This document shows positions 55,946 to 64,000 of a DNA stretch of 64,000 bases, piece by piece. The notes beneath the pieces were generated by a model, which had not been told where the DNA came from, searched no databases, and saw only the letters and a list, made by a program, of their open reading frames with translations. The position numbers and the translations under genes are program-made. Source of the DNA: an uncultured Gammaproteobacteria bacterium (GTDB taxonomy: Bacteria; Patescibacteriota; Patescibacteriia; XYB2-FULL-38-15); the NCBI GenBank assembly GCA_965231095.1, contig OZ246416.1:536909-600908 (forward strand), read 5' to 3'. Position 1 is the first letter of the stretch. Each line of letters starts with the position of its first letter.

Positions 55946-58246
55946 ATGTTTCTAAAAAATCTAAAATTTGGGACTAAATTAAAAATTCTTTTTTTGACCA
56001 TAGTTTTGGCGTCTCTTTTCACTAATGGATACGCCAATTTTATTTTAGCCAAAAACAATATCCAAAACTATCTTCTTGATTCACTGAATCTCCTGGCCGA
56101 CCTTACAAAAAACGACCTTTTATCCTTTGAGGCACAGCTTAAAAATCGCGCCATTGATTTTTCTTCCGACGGATTTATCCGCGATAGCGCCTCCCTTCTC
56201 GCAAAATCTTCCGACAGTGAAGTTGCACTCGCGCTTTGCGATCACCTCGCCAAAAATAAAATGTCGCTTGATTCGACGATTTACGGCATAAATGTTACCG
56301 ACCTTTCCGGCCGCATTCTTGCTTCCACGGACAAAACCGAAGTTGGCCAGAACGAAGCGGCTCACGAATATTTCCTCCGCGGGCAAAATCTTCCTTACGG
56401 CGAGGCATCTGTTGGCGACGTAGCTTTGAGCCACCACTTTGGAAAAACTTCTCCGGAAATCGCCGTCGCGGCACCGCTTTTTGAAAAATCAAATGGCAAA
56501 AAAATCGGTTTCATTATAAATTATATTGACGCAAAATATTTAAGTGACGTTGCCAAAGCGCGAGAAAGAAGACAAGTCGCCGGAGAATCTTTATATATTT
56601 CCCTGGAACAAACAGACACTTTTGAAACTGTCCTAATCAACAAAAATAAATTACTTTTGGCCGAATCTAAATTTAAGAGCGACGAGCTGGTGCTGAAAGA
56701 AAAGATTGAAACGCTCCCCGTTTTGGAATGTGCCCAAAACAGAACCGTCAACGGCCCCTTTACCGACTATCGCGGTGAAAAAGTGATTGGGGTTTCAAGG
56801 TGCCTCGACCATGGCTGGACTTTGGTTGTAAAAGTTGATCAGAGGGAAGCCTTCGGCGATTTAGCCCAAACCAGAAATTACACAATTTTGGCAGGATTTT
56901 TAATTGCTATTCTTCTCTCTTTCGCAATTAATTTTTTCATCAAAAAAATCACGAGGCCGATCCGCGAATTGTTGTCAGTGGCGCAAAAAATCGGTAAAGG
57001 AAATTTAAATCAGCGCGTTAAGATAATCTCAAAAGATGAAATCGGAGAATTTGCCGAAGTATTTAACCAAATGACAAGCGACCTCCAAAATCTTTACGCG
57101 ACTCTGGAAAAAAGAATTAAGGAAAAAACAAAAACCTTAGAAGAACAAGTTGTGGAATTAAAAAAATTCCAATTGGCCGTAGCCAATACCGCCGACCATG
57201 TAGTGATTACCGATCCCGACGGCTATACTCTTTACGCTAACGCCGCCGTGGAAAAAATAACCGGCTATTCAAGAAAAGAAATCATCGGAAAAAAAACATC
57301 CCTCTGGGGAAATCTGATGGACGAAAAATTTTATGAAAAAATGTGGAAAACAATCAAAGATGACAAAAAAACATTTATTGGGGAACTAACCAACCAAAGA
57401 AAAAATGGAGAAAAATATATTGCCGAAGTTCGCATTTCCCCGATTTTAGACAAACGAGGACGAGTTGTTTTCTTTGTCGGGATTGAACGTGATATCACAA
57501 AAGCCAAAGAGATCGACCGCGCCAAAACTGAATTAATTTCTTTAGCCTCGCATCAACTCCGCACGCCGCTTACGGCCGTCAAATGGTACGCGGAAATGCT
57601 CACGGCCCAAAAGACGGGAAAATTAACCGCCAAACAAAAAAAATATCTTGATGAAATTTATCGCGGCAATGAAAGAATGATTACTCTAGTTGGCTCTCTC
57701 TTAAATGTTTCAAGAATTGATCTAGGAACTTTTGCTATAACTCCCAAACCGGAAGATATCGGAAAAATTGCCGATAGCTCCCTCCCCGATTTCGAACCGC
57801 AAATCAAAAATAAAAAAATAACCCTAAAAAAAGAGTATAATCCCGCTTTGCCGAAAATTAACGTTGACGCGAAATTACTGCGCATTGTTTTTCAAAACCT
57901 TCTTTCCAACGCCGTAAAATACACTCCCGAAAAAGGAAAAATAATTTTATCAATTACCAGACAAAAATCGGCCGTTTTGATTCGTATAGCCGATGATGGC
58001 ATTGGCATTCCAAAAGAAGCTCAAGTAAAAATTTTTACGAAACTCTTCCGCGCCGACAACGCGAAGATTACAGATCCAAGCGGCACAGGATTGGGTTTAT
58101 ATATTGTAAAAGCAATCGTGGATGCCTCCGGCGGAAAAATCTGGTTTGAGTCTGAAGAAAACAAAGGCACAACTTTTTATGTCACTCTACCGCTAAAAGG
58201 CGTAAGAAGAAAGGCGGGTACGGTCGGGTTGGAACTCACGCCCTAA
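55946..58246 (+). CDS. Sensor histidine kinase (periplasmic sensor, HAMP, PAS, HisKA, HATPase_c).
   Basis: Two TMs. HAMP region. PAS (VVITDPDGYTLYANAA). H-box LASHQLRTPLTAV. G-box GTGLGLYIVKAIV. Confidence 0.9.
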   Translation: MFLKNLKFGTKLKILFLTIVLASLFTNGYANFILAKNNIQNYLLDSLNLLADLTKNDLLSFEAQLKNRAIDFSSDGFIRDSASLLAKSSDSEVALALCDHLAKNKMSLDSTIYGINVTDLSGRILASTDKTEVGQNEAAHEYFLRGQNLPYGEASVGDVALSHHFGKTSPEIAVAAPLFEKSNGKKIGFIINYIDAKYLSDVAKARERRQVAGESLYISLEQTDTFETVLINKNKLLLAESKFKSDELVLKEKIETLPVLECAQNRTVNGPFTDYRGEKVIGVSRCLDHGWTLVVKVDQREAFGDLAQTRNYTILAGFLIAILLSFAINFFIKKITRPIRELLSVAQKIGKGNLNQRVKIISKDEIGEFAEVFNQMTSDLQNLYATLEKRIKEKTKTLEEQVVELKKFQLAVANTADHVVITDPDGYTLYANAAVEKITGYSRKEIIGKKTSLWGNLMDEKFYEKMWKTIKDDKKTFIGELTNQRKNGEKYIAEVRISPILDKRGRVVFFVGIERDITKAKEIDRAKTELISLASHQLRTPLTAVKWYAEMLTAQKTGKLTAKQKKYLDEIYRGNERMITLVGSLLNVSRIDLGTFAITPKPEDIGKIADSSLPDFEPQIKNKKITLKKEYNPALPKINVDAKLLRIVFQNLLSNAVKYTPEKGKIILSITRQKSAVLIRIADDGIGIPKEAQVKIFTKLFRADNAKITDPSGTGLGLYIVKAIVDASGGKIWFESEENKGTTFYVTLPLKGVRRKAGTVGLELTP

Positions 58247-58308
58247 ACAAAATATTAAAAACCCCCCGCCGAATCGGCGGGGGGTTTTTGTTTTAGAAAA
58301 ATTTAACT

Positions 58309-59502
58309 TCACTGGCCAAGCTCCTTTGCGAGCAAATCCTTTCCTTTCTCTGCCCAACTCGCCTCTCCATAATTTTCCATTTCTAAAATATAATCTGCCA
58401 AAATATTTTCTCGTTCCGATTTTTCCGAAAGTGACGAGACATATTTTGAAATAATATCATATTGGGCTCCAAGCCGCGCGTCTTCATCTTCCACCTGGAG
58501 CCAAAGATTATTAAGAAATGCCCAAGAAATAAATTCTTGGTCGTTTTTCTTTTCATCAATTACTTCCAAAAGCCTTGCTTGCGCTTCTTCTTCGGATAAC
58601 CCAACGTAAGAATTTTCCGGCAGACGATCTTTGATCGGGTTTATCATTTTATCAAGATATTCGCCCAAATATTCTTCGGCGTAAGGAATATCTTGAACAA
58701 CATAAGCCGGCCTCATCAAAAGACTGATCCGCTCCGAACCATTTTTTAAATCAATGGCGGAAAGCGCGTCAACTATTGCTCGCGTTTCCGGAAAAGTTAA
58801 ATCAGTTTGCACTATTTTGTAAATTATATACTGCAGTGCCTGATTAACGATTGAATCTTTCTCGGGAACATATTTTATCATCATCTGTTTTATAAAAGTG
58901 GAATGATTGTGCGCCCGCTGCGGCTCGCCAATGGCGTAACCTTGGCGGTGACGAAGCCATTCTAACGTTTCCGTGGTCGGCAGCCCAAGATTTCTAAAAA
59001 TTCCCAGCGCCTCGGAAAATCCGAGGACCACAAGATAGTCCGCCTTCTGTCCCAAAATTTTTTCTATCTGCCCAATTCCATATTCAAGCCCGCCCACTTC
59101 GCAAGCTTTTGATACATAATAATCTGAAGGCAAGTGTTTTTCCCCGAGCGGCAACGGCGAATATGTCCCGCGCGGTACGGCCGTAATTGTCACGCTTTGT
59201 TTATTTTTATCAATCGTAATCATCTGAATCGCGTCGCAATGTCCCTTGATATCGCCCGTTCTCCGATCAAGTCCAATAAATAATGCCCGCACCACGCCGT
59301 CTTCGCCAAAGGGATCAGCGGAATCACCTTTCCCCACCTCTCCCCGGCGTGAATCAAGAACTTGTTCAATTTCTTTATTTAAAAATTCTGTTTTTTCCCG
59401 TTCTGCCGATTGCGCCTGATATGAAGACAGCCCGTGCACCGCAAACCACGCGCCCAGGCCGAAAAAAAATATTGCTAAAATTATTAAAAATATTTTTTTC
59501 AT
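58309..59502 (-). CDS. LytR-CpsA-Psr (LCP) family cell-envelope protein.
   Basis: N-terminal TM. ALFIGLDRRTGDIKGHCDAIQMITIDKNKQSVTITAVPRGTY resembles the LCP core. Confidence 0.55.
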   Translation of the reverse strand: MKKIFLIILAIFFFGLGAWFAVHGLSSYQAQSAEREKTEFLNKEIEQVLDSRRGEVGKGDSADPFGEDGVVRALFIGLDRRTGDIKGHCDAIQMITIDKNKQSVTITAVPRGTYSPLPLGEKHLPSDYYVSKACEVGGLEYGIGQIEKILGQKADYLVVLGFSEALGIFRNLGLPTTETLEWLRHRQGYAIGEPQRAHNHSTFIKQMMIKYVPEKDSIVNQALQYIIYKIVQTDLTFPETRAIVDALSAIDLKNGSERISLLMRPAYVVQDIPYAEEYLGEYLDKMINPIKDRLPENSYVGLSEEEAQARLLEVIDEKKNDQEFISWAFLNNLWLQVEDEDARLGAQYDIISKYVSSLSEKSERENILADYILEMENYGEASWAEKGKDLLAKELGQ

Positions 59503-59595
59503 GTTCTTTTATTGTACCTCATTAGATATAAAAAACAAATTAAGTCAAAACGTCCAATAACAAAACCGCCTCCTCGGCGGAAAATTTTTGTTAAA

Positions 59596-59666
59596 TGGAC
59601 CCTAGGAGAGTCGAACTCCTGTCTTCCGGATGCAAACCGGATGCTCTACCACTAAGCTAAGGGCCC
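59596..59666 (-). tRNA. tRNA-Ala (TGC) with the G3:U70 identity pair, no encoded CCA.
   Basis: GGGCCCT TA GCTT AGTGGTA GAGC A TCCGG TTTGCAT CCGGA AGAC AGGAG TTCGACT CTCCT AGGGTCC A. Confidence 0.85.
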
Positions 59667-59700
59667 AAGTTATAATTTATGTTATAATGATTTAAGACCT

Positions 59701-60525
59701 ATGTCAATCAAACTCACAATTTTGGGCTCCGGGCCGGCGATCGCTATCCCTCGTCCAGGACACACAGATATCACCTGCCGCGACGCCCGAGCTCCGGGCA
59801 GCCGTTCGCGCCGAAGGAGAAGCTCACTTCTTATTGAACATCGCGGCCGCCATATTTTAATTGACGCCGGGCCGGATATTTTGGAACAATTGGCTATGGC
59901 AAAAATTAAAAGGCCTGACGCTGTTTTTCTAACTCACGCCCACGCTGACGCTTCCGGCGGCGTGGACGTCCTGGCTTCGTTTCTTCGCGGTACGAAAGAA
60001 AAACCATTTTTCTTATACGCCGAAGCTGCGGTTTTACGCCGCATCAAAAAAATCTTTTCTCTTTTTCATGCCCGGCCAAAAACTATTTTAAAAAATGTTA
60101 TCTTTAAAACAATTCGGCCAAGCCGAGCAATCTCACTTTTTGGTTTAAAAATAACGCCGCTTCGAGTCGCCCACTCTCTCACGCCGGGATTCCCGACCGT
60201 CGGCTATCTTATCGGAAAAAAATTCGCTTATATTTCTGATTTTGCTTCAATCCCATCGCAATCACAAAAACATCTCAAAAAAATTGACATCTTAATTTTA
60301 GACGCGACAATGTGGTTTGGGACAAGAATGGCTGCTCACCAAAACACAGCCAGCACAGTAGAAATCGGCCGTAAGCTTGGAGTGGAAAAATTGTACCTTA
60401 CCCAAATCGGCCACAACTATCCGCCGCATAAAACCGCCCAAAAAGAAATCACCGCCTACTGCCGAAAAAATAAAATAAAATTTCCGGTGATTCTCGCCTA
60501 CGACGGCCTAAAGATCAAAATTTAA
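59701..60525 (+). CDS. MBL-fold metallo-hydrolase (PhnP/YycJ-like).
   Basis: LTHAHADASGG (HxHxDH). ILDATMW. Confidence 0.75.
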   Translation: MSIKLTILGSGPAIAIPRPGHTDITCRDARAPGSRSRRRRSSLLIEHRGRHILIDAGPDILEQLAMAKIKRPDAVFLTHAHADASGGVDVLASFLRGTKEKPFFLYAEAAVLRRIKKIFSLFHARPKTILKNVIFKTIRPSRAISLFGLKITPLRVAHSLTPGFPTVGYLIGKKFAYISDFASIPSQSQKHLKKIDILILDATMWFGTRMAAHQNTASTVEIGRKLGVEKLYLTQIGHNYPPHKTAQKEITAYCRKNKIKFPVILAYDGLKIKI

Positions 60526-60629
60526 ATTCATCACATCGGCGCAAACTCCTTGCCTTATAAGGAGTTTTTTGATATAATAACCCTAAACATTTAACTTAAA
60601 TTTAATCTCAAAATACCGTAAAACCATTT

Positions 60630-63530
60630 ATGGCAAACATCAATTTCCCCGAGATGGAAGAAAAAATTCTCGCATTTTGGGAAGAGAAAAAAATATTTGA
60701 AAAATCGGTAAATAAAAAAGCGCCGCGCGGCGACTATGTTTTTTATGACGGTCCGCCTTTCGCGACCGGCACGCCGCACTACGGCCATATTGTCGCGAGT
60801 TTGATGAAAGACGTTGTCCCAAGATATTTTACAATGAATGGCTACCGCGTAGAACGCCGCTGGGGTTGGGATTGCCACGGCCTGCCGATTGAAAATATTG
60901 TTGAGCAAGAATTAAAAATTGAAAGTAAAAAAGATATTGAAGAAAAAGTAGGCGTGGATAAATTTAATGAGCTTTGCCGCAGTAAAGTTTTGATGTTCGC
61001 CGATGTTTGGAAAAAATTTATTCCGCGCATGGGCCGCTGGGTGGATATGGAAAACGCCTACAAAACCATGGATCTGGATTATATGGAAAGCATTTGGTGG
61101 GTTTTCAAGGAACTTTGGGACAAGGGTTTGATTTACGAGGGGCATAAATCAATGCACATTTGCCCGCGCTGCGAGACAACTCTTTCCCAATCAGAAGTGA
61201 GCCAGGGATATAAAGACACGGAAGATCTGGCTGTGACCATAAAATTTTCTTTGACTGACGAGCCAAACACTTTTGTTTTGGCCTGGACCACAACTCCCTG
61301 GACCTTGCCCGGAAATGTTGCTCTGGCGGTCGGCGAGGATATTGATTATATCGAGGTTAATATTTTAAAAAGTCACACCCACGAAGAGACAAAAAACGGT
61401 GATGATGCTTGGCAAGTAAGAGATCATGACGAGGCTGGTGGAAACTTTATCCTAGCAAAAGCCACTGCGGAAAAAATTCTAGCTGGAAAAGAATTTAAAA
61501 TAGTAAAGACACTAAAAGGTAAAAATCTTGTTGGAAAATCTTACGAACCGCTTTTCCCTTATTTTGACAATCCGGTAAACCGGGAAAGAGGATTTAAAAT
61601 TTATGCCGCCGATTTTGTCGCGACCGAAGAAGGAACCGGCGTTGTCCATATTGCTCCGGCTTTTGGCGAGGACGACATGAAACTTGGAAAAAAAGAAAAA
61701 CTTCCTTTTATCCAACACGTTGATTTTTCCGGCCACTTCACACTCGGTGTTAAAGATTTTGCCGAAGAAGCGGTAAAACCGACTATCGACCCCGGAGCCA
61801 CCGATAAAAAAATTGTGGCCTGGCTCGAAGAGCGCGGAAAACTTTTCACAAAAGAAAAACACACTCACAGTTACCCTTTCTGCTGGCGATGCGATACACC
61901 GCTTTTAAATTATTCTACTTCGTCTTGGTTTGTTAAAGTTTCAGCCATTAAAGAAAAATTTTTGCGCCTCGCGGAAAAAATAAACTGGGTCCCGGAACAC
62001 ATCAAGGGCGGCCGTTTTGGAAAATGGCTTCTGGGCGCTGAAGATTGGTCGATTTCCCGCCAAAGATATTGGGGCTCCGTTTTGCCGATTTGGAAATGCA
62101 AATGCGGCGAACTTCATGTTTTGGGAAGCCGCGAAGAGTTGGAAAAACTTTCCGGCCAAGAAGTCCACGATCTTCATAAACACGTCGTTGATAAACTTGT
62201 TTTAAAATGTGAAAAATGCGACGGAGAAATGCGGCGCGTTCCCGACGTTTTGGATTGTTGGTTTGAATCGGGTTCAATGCCTTATGCCCAGATGCACTAT
62301 CCATTTGAAAATAAGAAAAAATTTGAAGAAAATTTCCCGGCTAAATTTATCGCTGAAGGAGTTGACCAAACTCGCTGCTGGTTTTATTATCTCCATGTTT
62401 TGTCCACGGCTATAATGAACGACGTCGCTTTTTTAAACGTTATTGCAAACGGCATTGTCTTGGCCGAAGACGGACAAAAAATGTCAAAGCGCTTGAAAAA
62501 TTATCCCGACCCCAATGAAGTCATAAATCGCTACGGCGCCGACGCCCTCCGCTATTATTTACTCACCTCTCCGGTGATGAAAGCCGACACGCTTAATTTT
62601 TCCGCGAAGGGCGTGGATGAAGTGTTCAAAAAAGTGATCATGATTTTGTGGAATACTTTTTCTTTTTACCAAATGTACGCCGTGGGTGAAATAAAACCTA
62701 ACGTAAAATCAAAAAATATTTTGGATCAGTGGATTATTTCAAAATTACAAATTTTATTGCAAACCGTCACGGAAAAAATGAATGCCTACGATTTGGTCGC
62801 CGCGAACCGCCCGATAATGGATTTTACAAATGAACTTTCCACTTGGTATCTTCGCCGCAGCCGAGATCGATTTAAAGGAGATGACAAAAAAGATAAAGAG
62901 GCGGCACTTGCGACCTTAAAATATGTTTTACTGACTTTTAGTAAAATTATTGCGCCGTCCATTCCTTTTATCGCGGAAAAAATTTATCAAGAGCTAAAGG
63001 GGCCGGAAGAATCGGTTCATCTTGAAACTTGGCCGAAATTTGAAAAAAAATTAGTTAATCAAAAAATCCTGGATCAAATGGATTTAGCGAAAAAAATCGT
63101 GGAAGCCGGACTCGCCTCGCGCGCCGCGGCCGGAATAAAAATCAGACAGCCCCTTGCTTCTTATTCTACGACGCTCGCAAAAGAGCTGCCGCCGGAATAT
63201 ATTGAAATTGTAAAAGATGAACTCAATATTTTGGATTTAAAATTTGGCGAAGATAAATTGGACACAGAATTGACCGAGGAATTAAAAGCCCAAGGGTTGG
63301 TCCGCGAAATTGTCCGCACGGTTAATTCTCTCCGCAAAGAAGCTGGGCTTTCGATTGGCGACCGCATCACGCTTTATTATGCCGGCGACGAATCCGCGGA
63401 AAAAACTATGCAGGAATTTGGTGAAAAAATTAAAAAAGATACCTTAAGCAATAATTTAGAAAAAGGCCGCGCCGAGGTTCTTGGACAAAAAGAAATTGAA
63501 GGAATTTGGCTTGGCATTAAAAAAATTTAA
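60630..63530 (+). CDS. ileS: Isoleucine--tRNA ligase, type 2 (eukaryote-like).
   Basis: PPFATGTPHYGHI. KMSKRLKNYPDP. Zn-finger CPRCET. 966 aa. Confidence 0.9.
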   Translation: MANINFPEMEEKILAFWEEKKIFEKSVNKKAPRGDYVFYDGPPFATGTPHYGHIVASLMKDVVPRYFTMNGYRVERRWGWDCHGLPIENIVEQELKIESKKDIEEKVGVDKFNELCRSKVLMFADVWKKFIPRMGRWVDMENAYKTMDLDYMESIWWVFKELWDKGLIYEGHKSMHICPRCETTLSQSEVSQGYKDTEDLAVTIKFSLTDEPNTFVLAWTTTPWTLPGNVALAVGEDIDYIEVNILKSHTHEETKNGDDAWQVRDHDEAGGNFILAKATAEKILAGKEFKIVKTLKGKNLVGKSYEPLFPYFDNPVNRERGFKIYAADFVATEEGTGVVHIAPAFGEDDMKLGKKEKLPFIQHVDFSGHFTLGVKDFAEEAVKPTIDPGATDKKIVAWLEERGKLFTKEKHTHSYPFCWRCDTPLLNYSTSSWFVKVSAIKEKFLRLAEKINWVPEHIKGGRFGKWLLGAEDWSISRQRYWGSVLPIWKCKCGELHVLGSREELEKLSGQEVHDLHKHVVDKLVLKCEKCDGEMRRVPDVLDCWFESGSMPYAQMHYPFENKKKFEENFPAKFIAEGVDQTRCWFYYLHVLSTAIMNDVAFLNVIANGIVLAEDGQKMSKRLKNYPDPNEVINRYGADALRYYLLTSPVMKADTLNFSAKGVDEVFKKVIMILWNTFSFYQMYAVGEIKPNVKSKNILDQWIISKLQILLQTVTEKMNAYDLVAANRPIMDFTNELSTWYLRRSRDRFKGDDKKDKEAALATLKYVLLTFSKIIAPSIPFIAEKIYQELKGPEESVHLETWPKFEKKLVNQKILDQMDLAKKIVEAGLASRAAAGIKIRQPLASYSTTLAKELPPEYIEIVKDELNILDLKFGEDKLDTELTEELKAQGLVREIVRTVNSLRKEAGLSIGDRITLYYAGDESAEKTMQEFGEKIKKDTLSNNLEKGRAEVLGQKEIEGIWLGIKKI

Positions 63531-63532
63531 TA

Positions 63533-64000
63533 TGACCATAAGACAAATTTACGAGCTGGCAATACAGCAGGGGATCAAATCCGATTTACGCGGCACCGCG
63601 GCTGTCGGGAAAAAACTTCAAAGAGAAAAAGACAAATTCCAAAAACTATCCGAAGAGCAAAAAACCGAATATGACCAAGAAAATCTGACTAATCCTTATG
63701 CCGATACGCGAGTTTATTTTGGCGATCCTAAAAAAGTTGTAAAACGCGTCTTGACCGGGATTGATATTGATACCGGCGAAGTAATGATGGCGAAATATTT
63801 ATCACAGCACGAAAAACCGATCGACTTGATTATTGCCCATCATCCGATGGGGGCGGCTCTTGCGGGACTTGGAGAAATGCTTGAAATGCACGCCGAACTT
63901 TTGGCCAAATACGGCGTACCGATTACCGTGGCCGAAGGGTTAACCCTGCCGCGCGCCTCGGAGGTTTCCCGTTCGGTTTCCGGATCAAATTATAATCAAG
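63533..64000 (+). CDS. 3'-truncated CDS. Hypothetical, possibly Nif3-like (IIAHHP).
   Basis: ATG 3 nt after the ileS stop. Runs to the window edge. Confidence 0.35.

Overview
This 64 kb window is mostly low-GC (about 38-42%) with tightly packed genes. The housekeeping content points to a small-genome anaerobic bacterium, plausibly CPR/Patescibacteria-like (an inference from composition and gene content only).

Housekeeping genes:
- PEP synthase, pyruvate kinase, GroEL/GroES, YidC, NusA
- Arg-, Tyr-, Val- and Ile-tRNA ligases
- a ferredoxin
- an O2/ROS-detox gene block: rubrerythrin, a desulforedoxin-like mini-protein, a rubredoxin-flavoprotein, a cupredoxin and a superoxide reductase

Several discrete high-GC (57-65%) gene islands are embedded in this background. 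Each sits behind an AT-rich host-like sigma70 promoter (cTTGACAaa ... TGnTATAxx) and ahead of its own rho-independent terminator:
- 1-5760: C-terminus of a Cys-repeat protein, a Hanks Ser/Thr kinase, a secreted coiled-coil membrane-anchored protein and a collagen-like (Gly-X-Y) protein
- 37160-40362: a secreted CHAP-amidase with a CxxxDxDCDGxxDE repeat and a 7-bladed propeller, plus a lipoprotein
- 44517-44867 and 47392-49078: small orphan genes

These look like horizontally acquired cargo, possibly from a high-GC Myxococcota/Actinobacteria-like donor. A chimeric contig cannot be excluded from sequence alone.

Other notable features:
- a giant (about 1500 aa) repeat-rich surface protein ending in a dockerin module, immediately followed by a membrane-anchored protein with a cohesin-like domain (candidate cohesin-dockerin cell-surface system)
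- a ValRS carrying an inserted histidine-phosphatase (RHG...HG) domain inside a zinc-knuckle loop
- a TyrRS with a CxxC...CxxC insertion
- a tRNA gene whose 5' and 3' halves (perfect 7-bp acceptor complementarity) are separated by about 150 nt that contain a complete tRNA-Val(TAC), flanked by a 12-bp inverted repeat
- tRNA 3'-end duplications and pseudo-tRNA hairpins
- a Type II R-M pair, an ECF sigma/anti-sigma pair and a two-component system
- heptamer repeat arrays (TACGAAA x7 upstream of the ferredoxin gene; CAATTCT x5 upstream of a lipoprotein gene)
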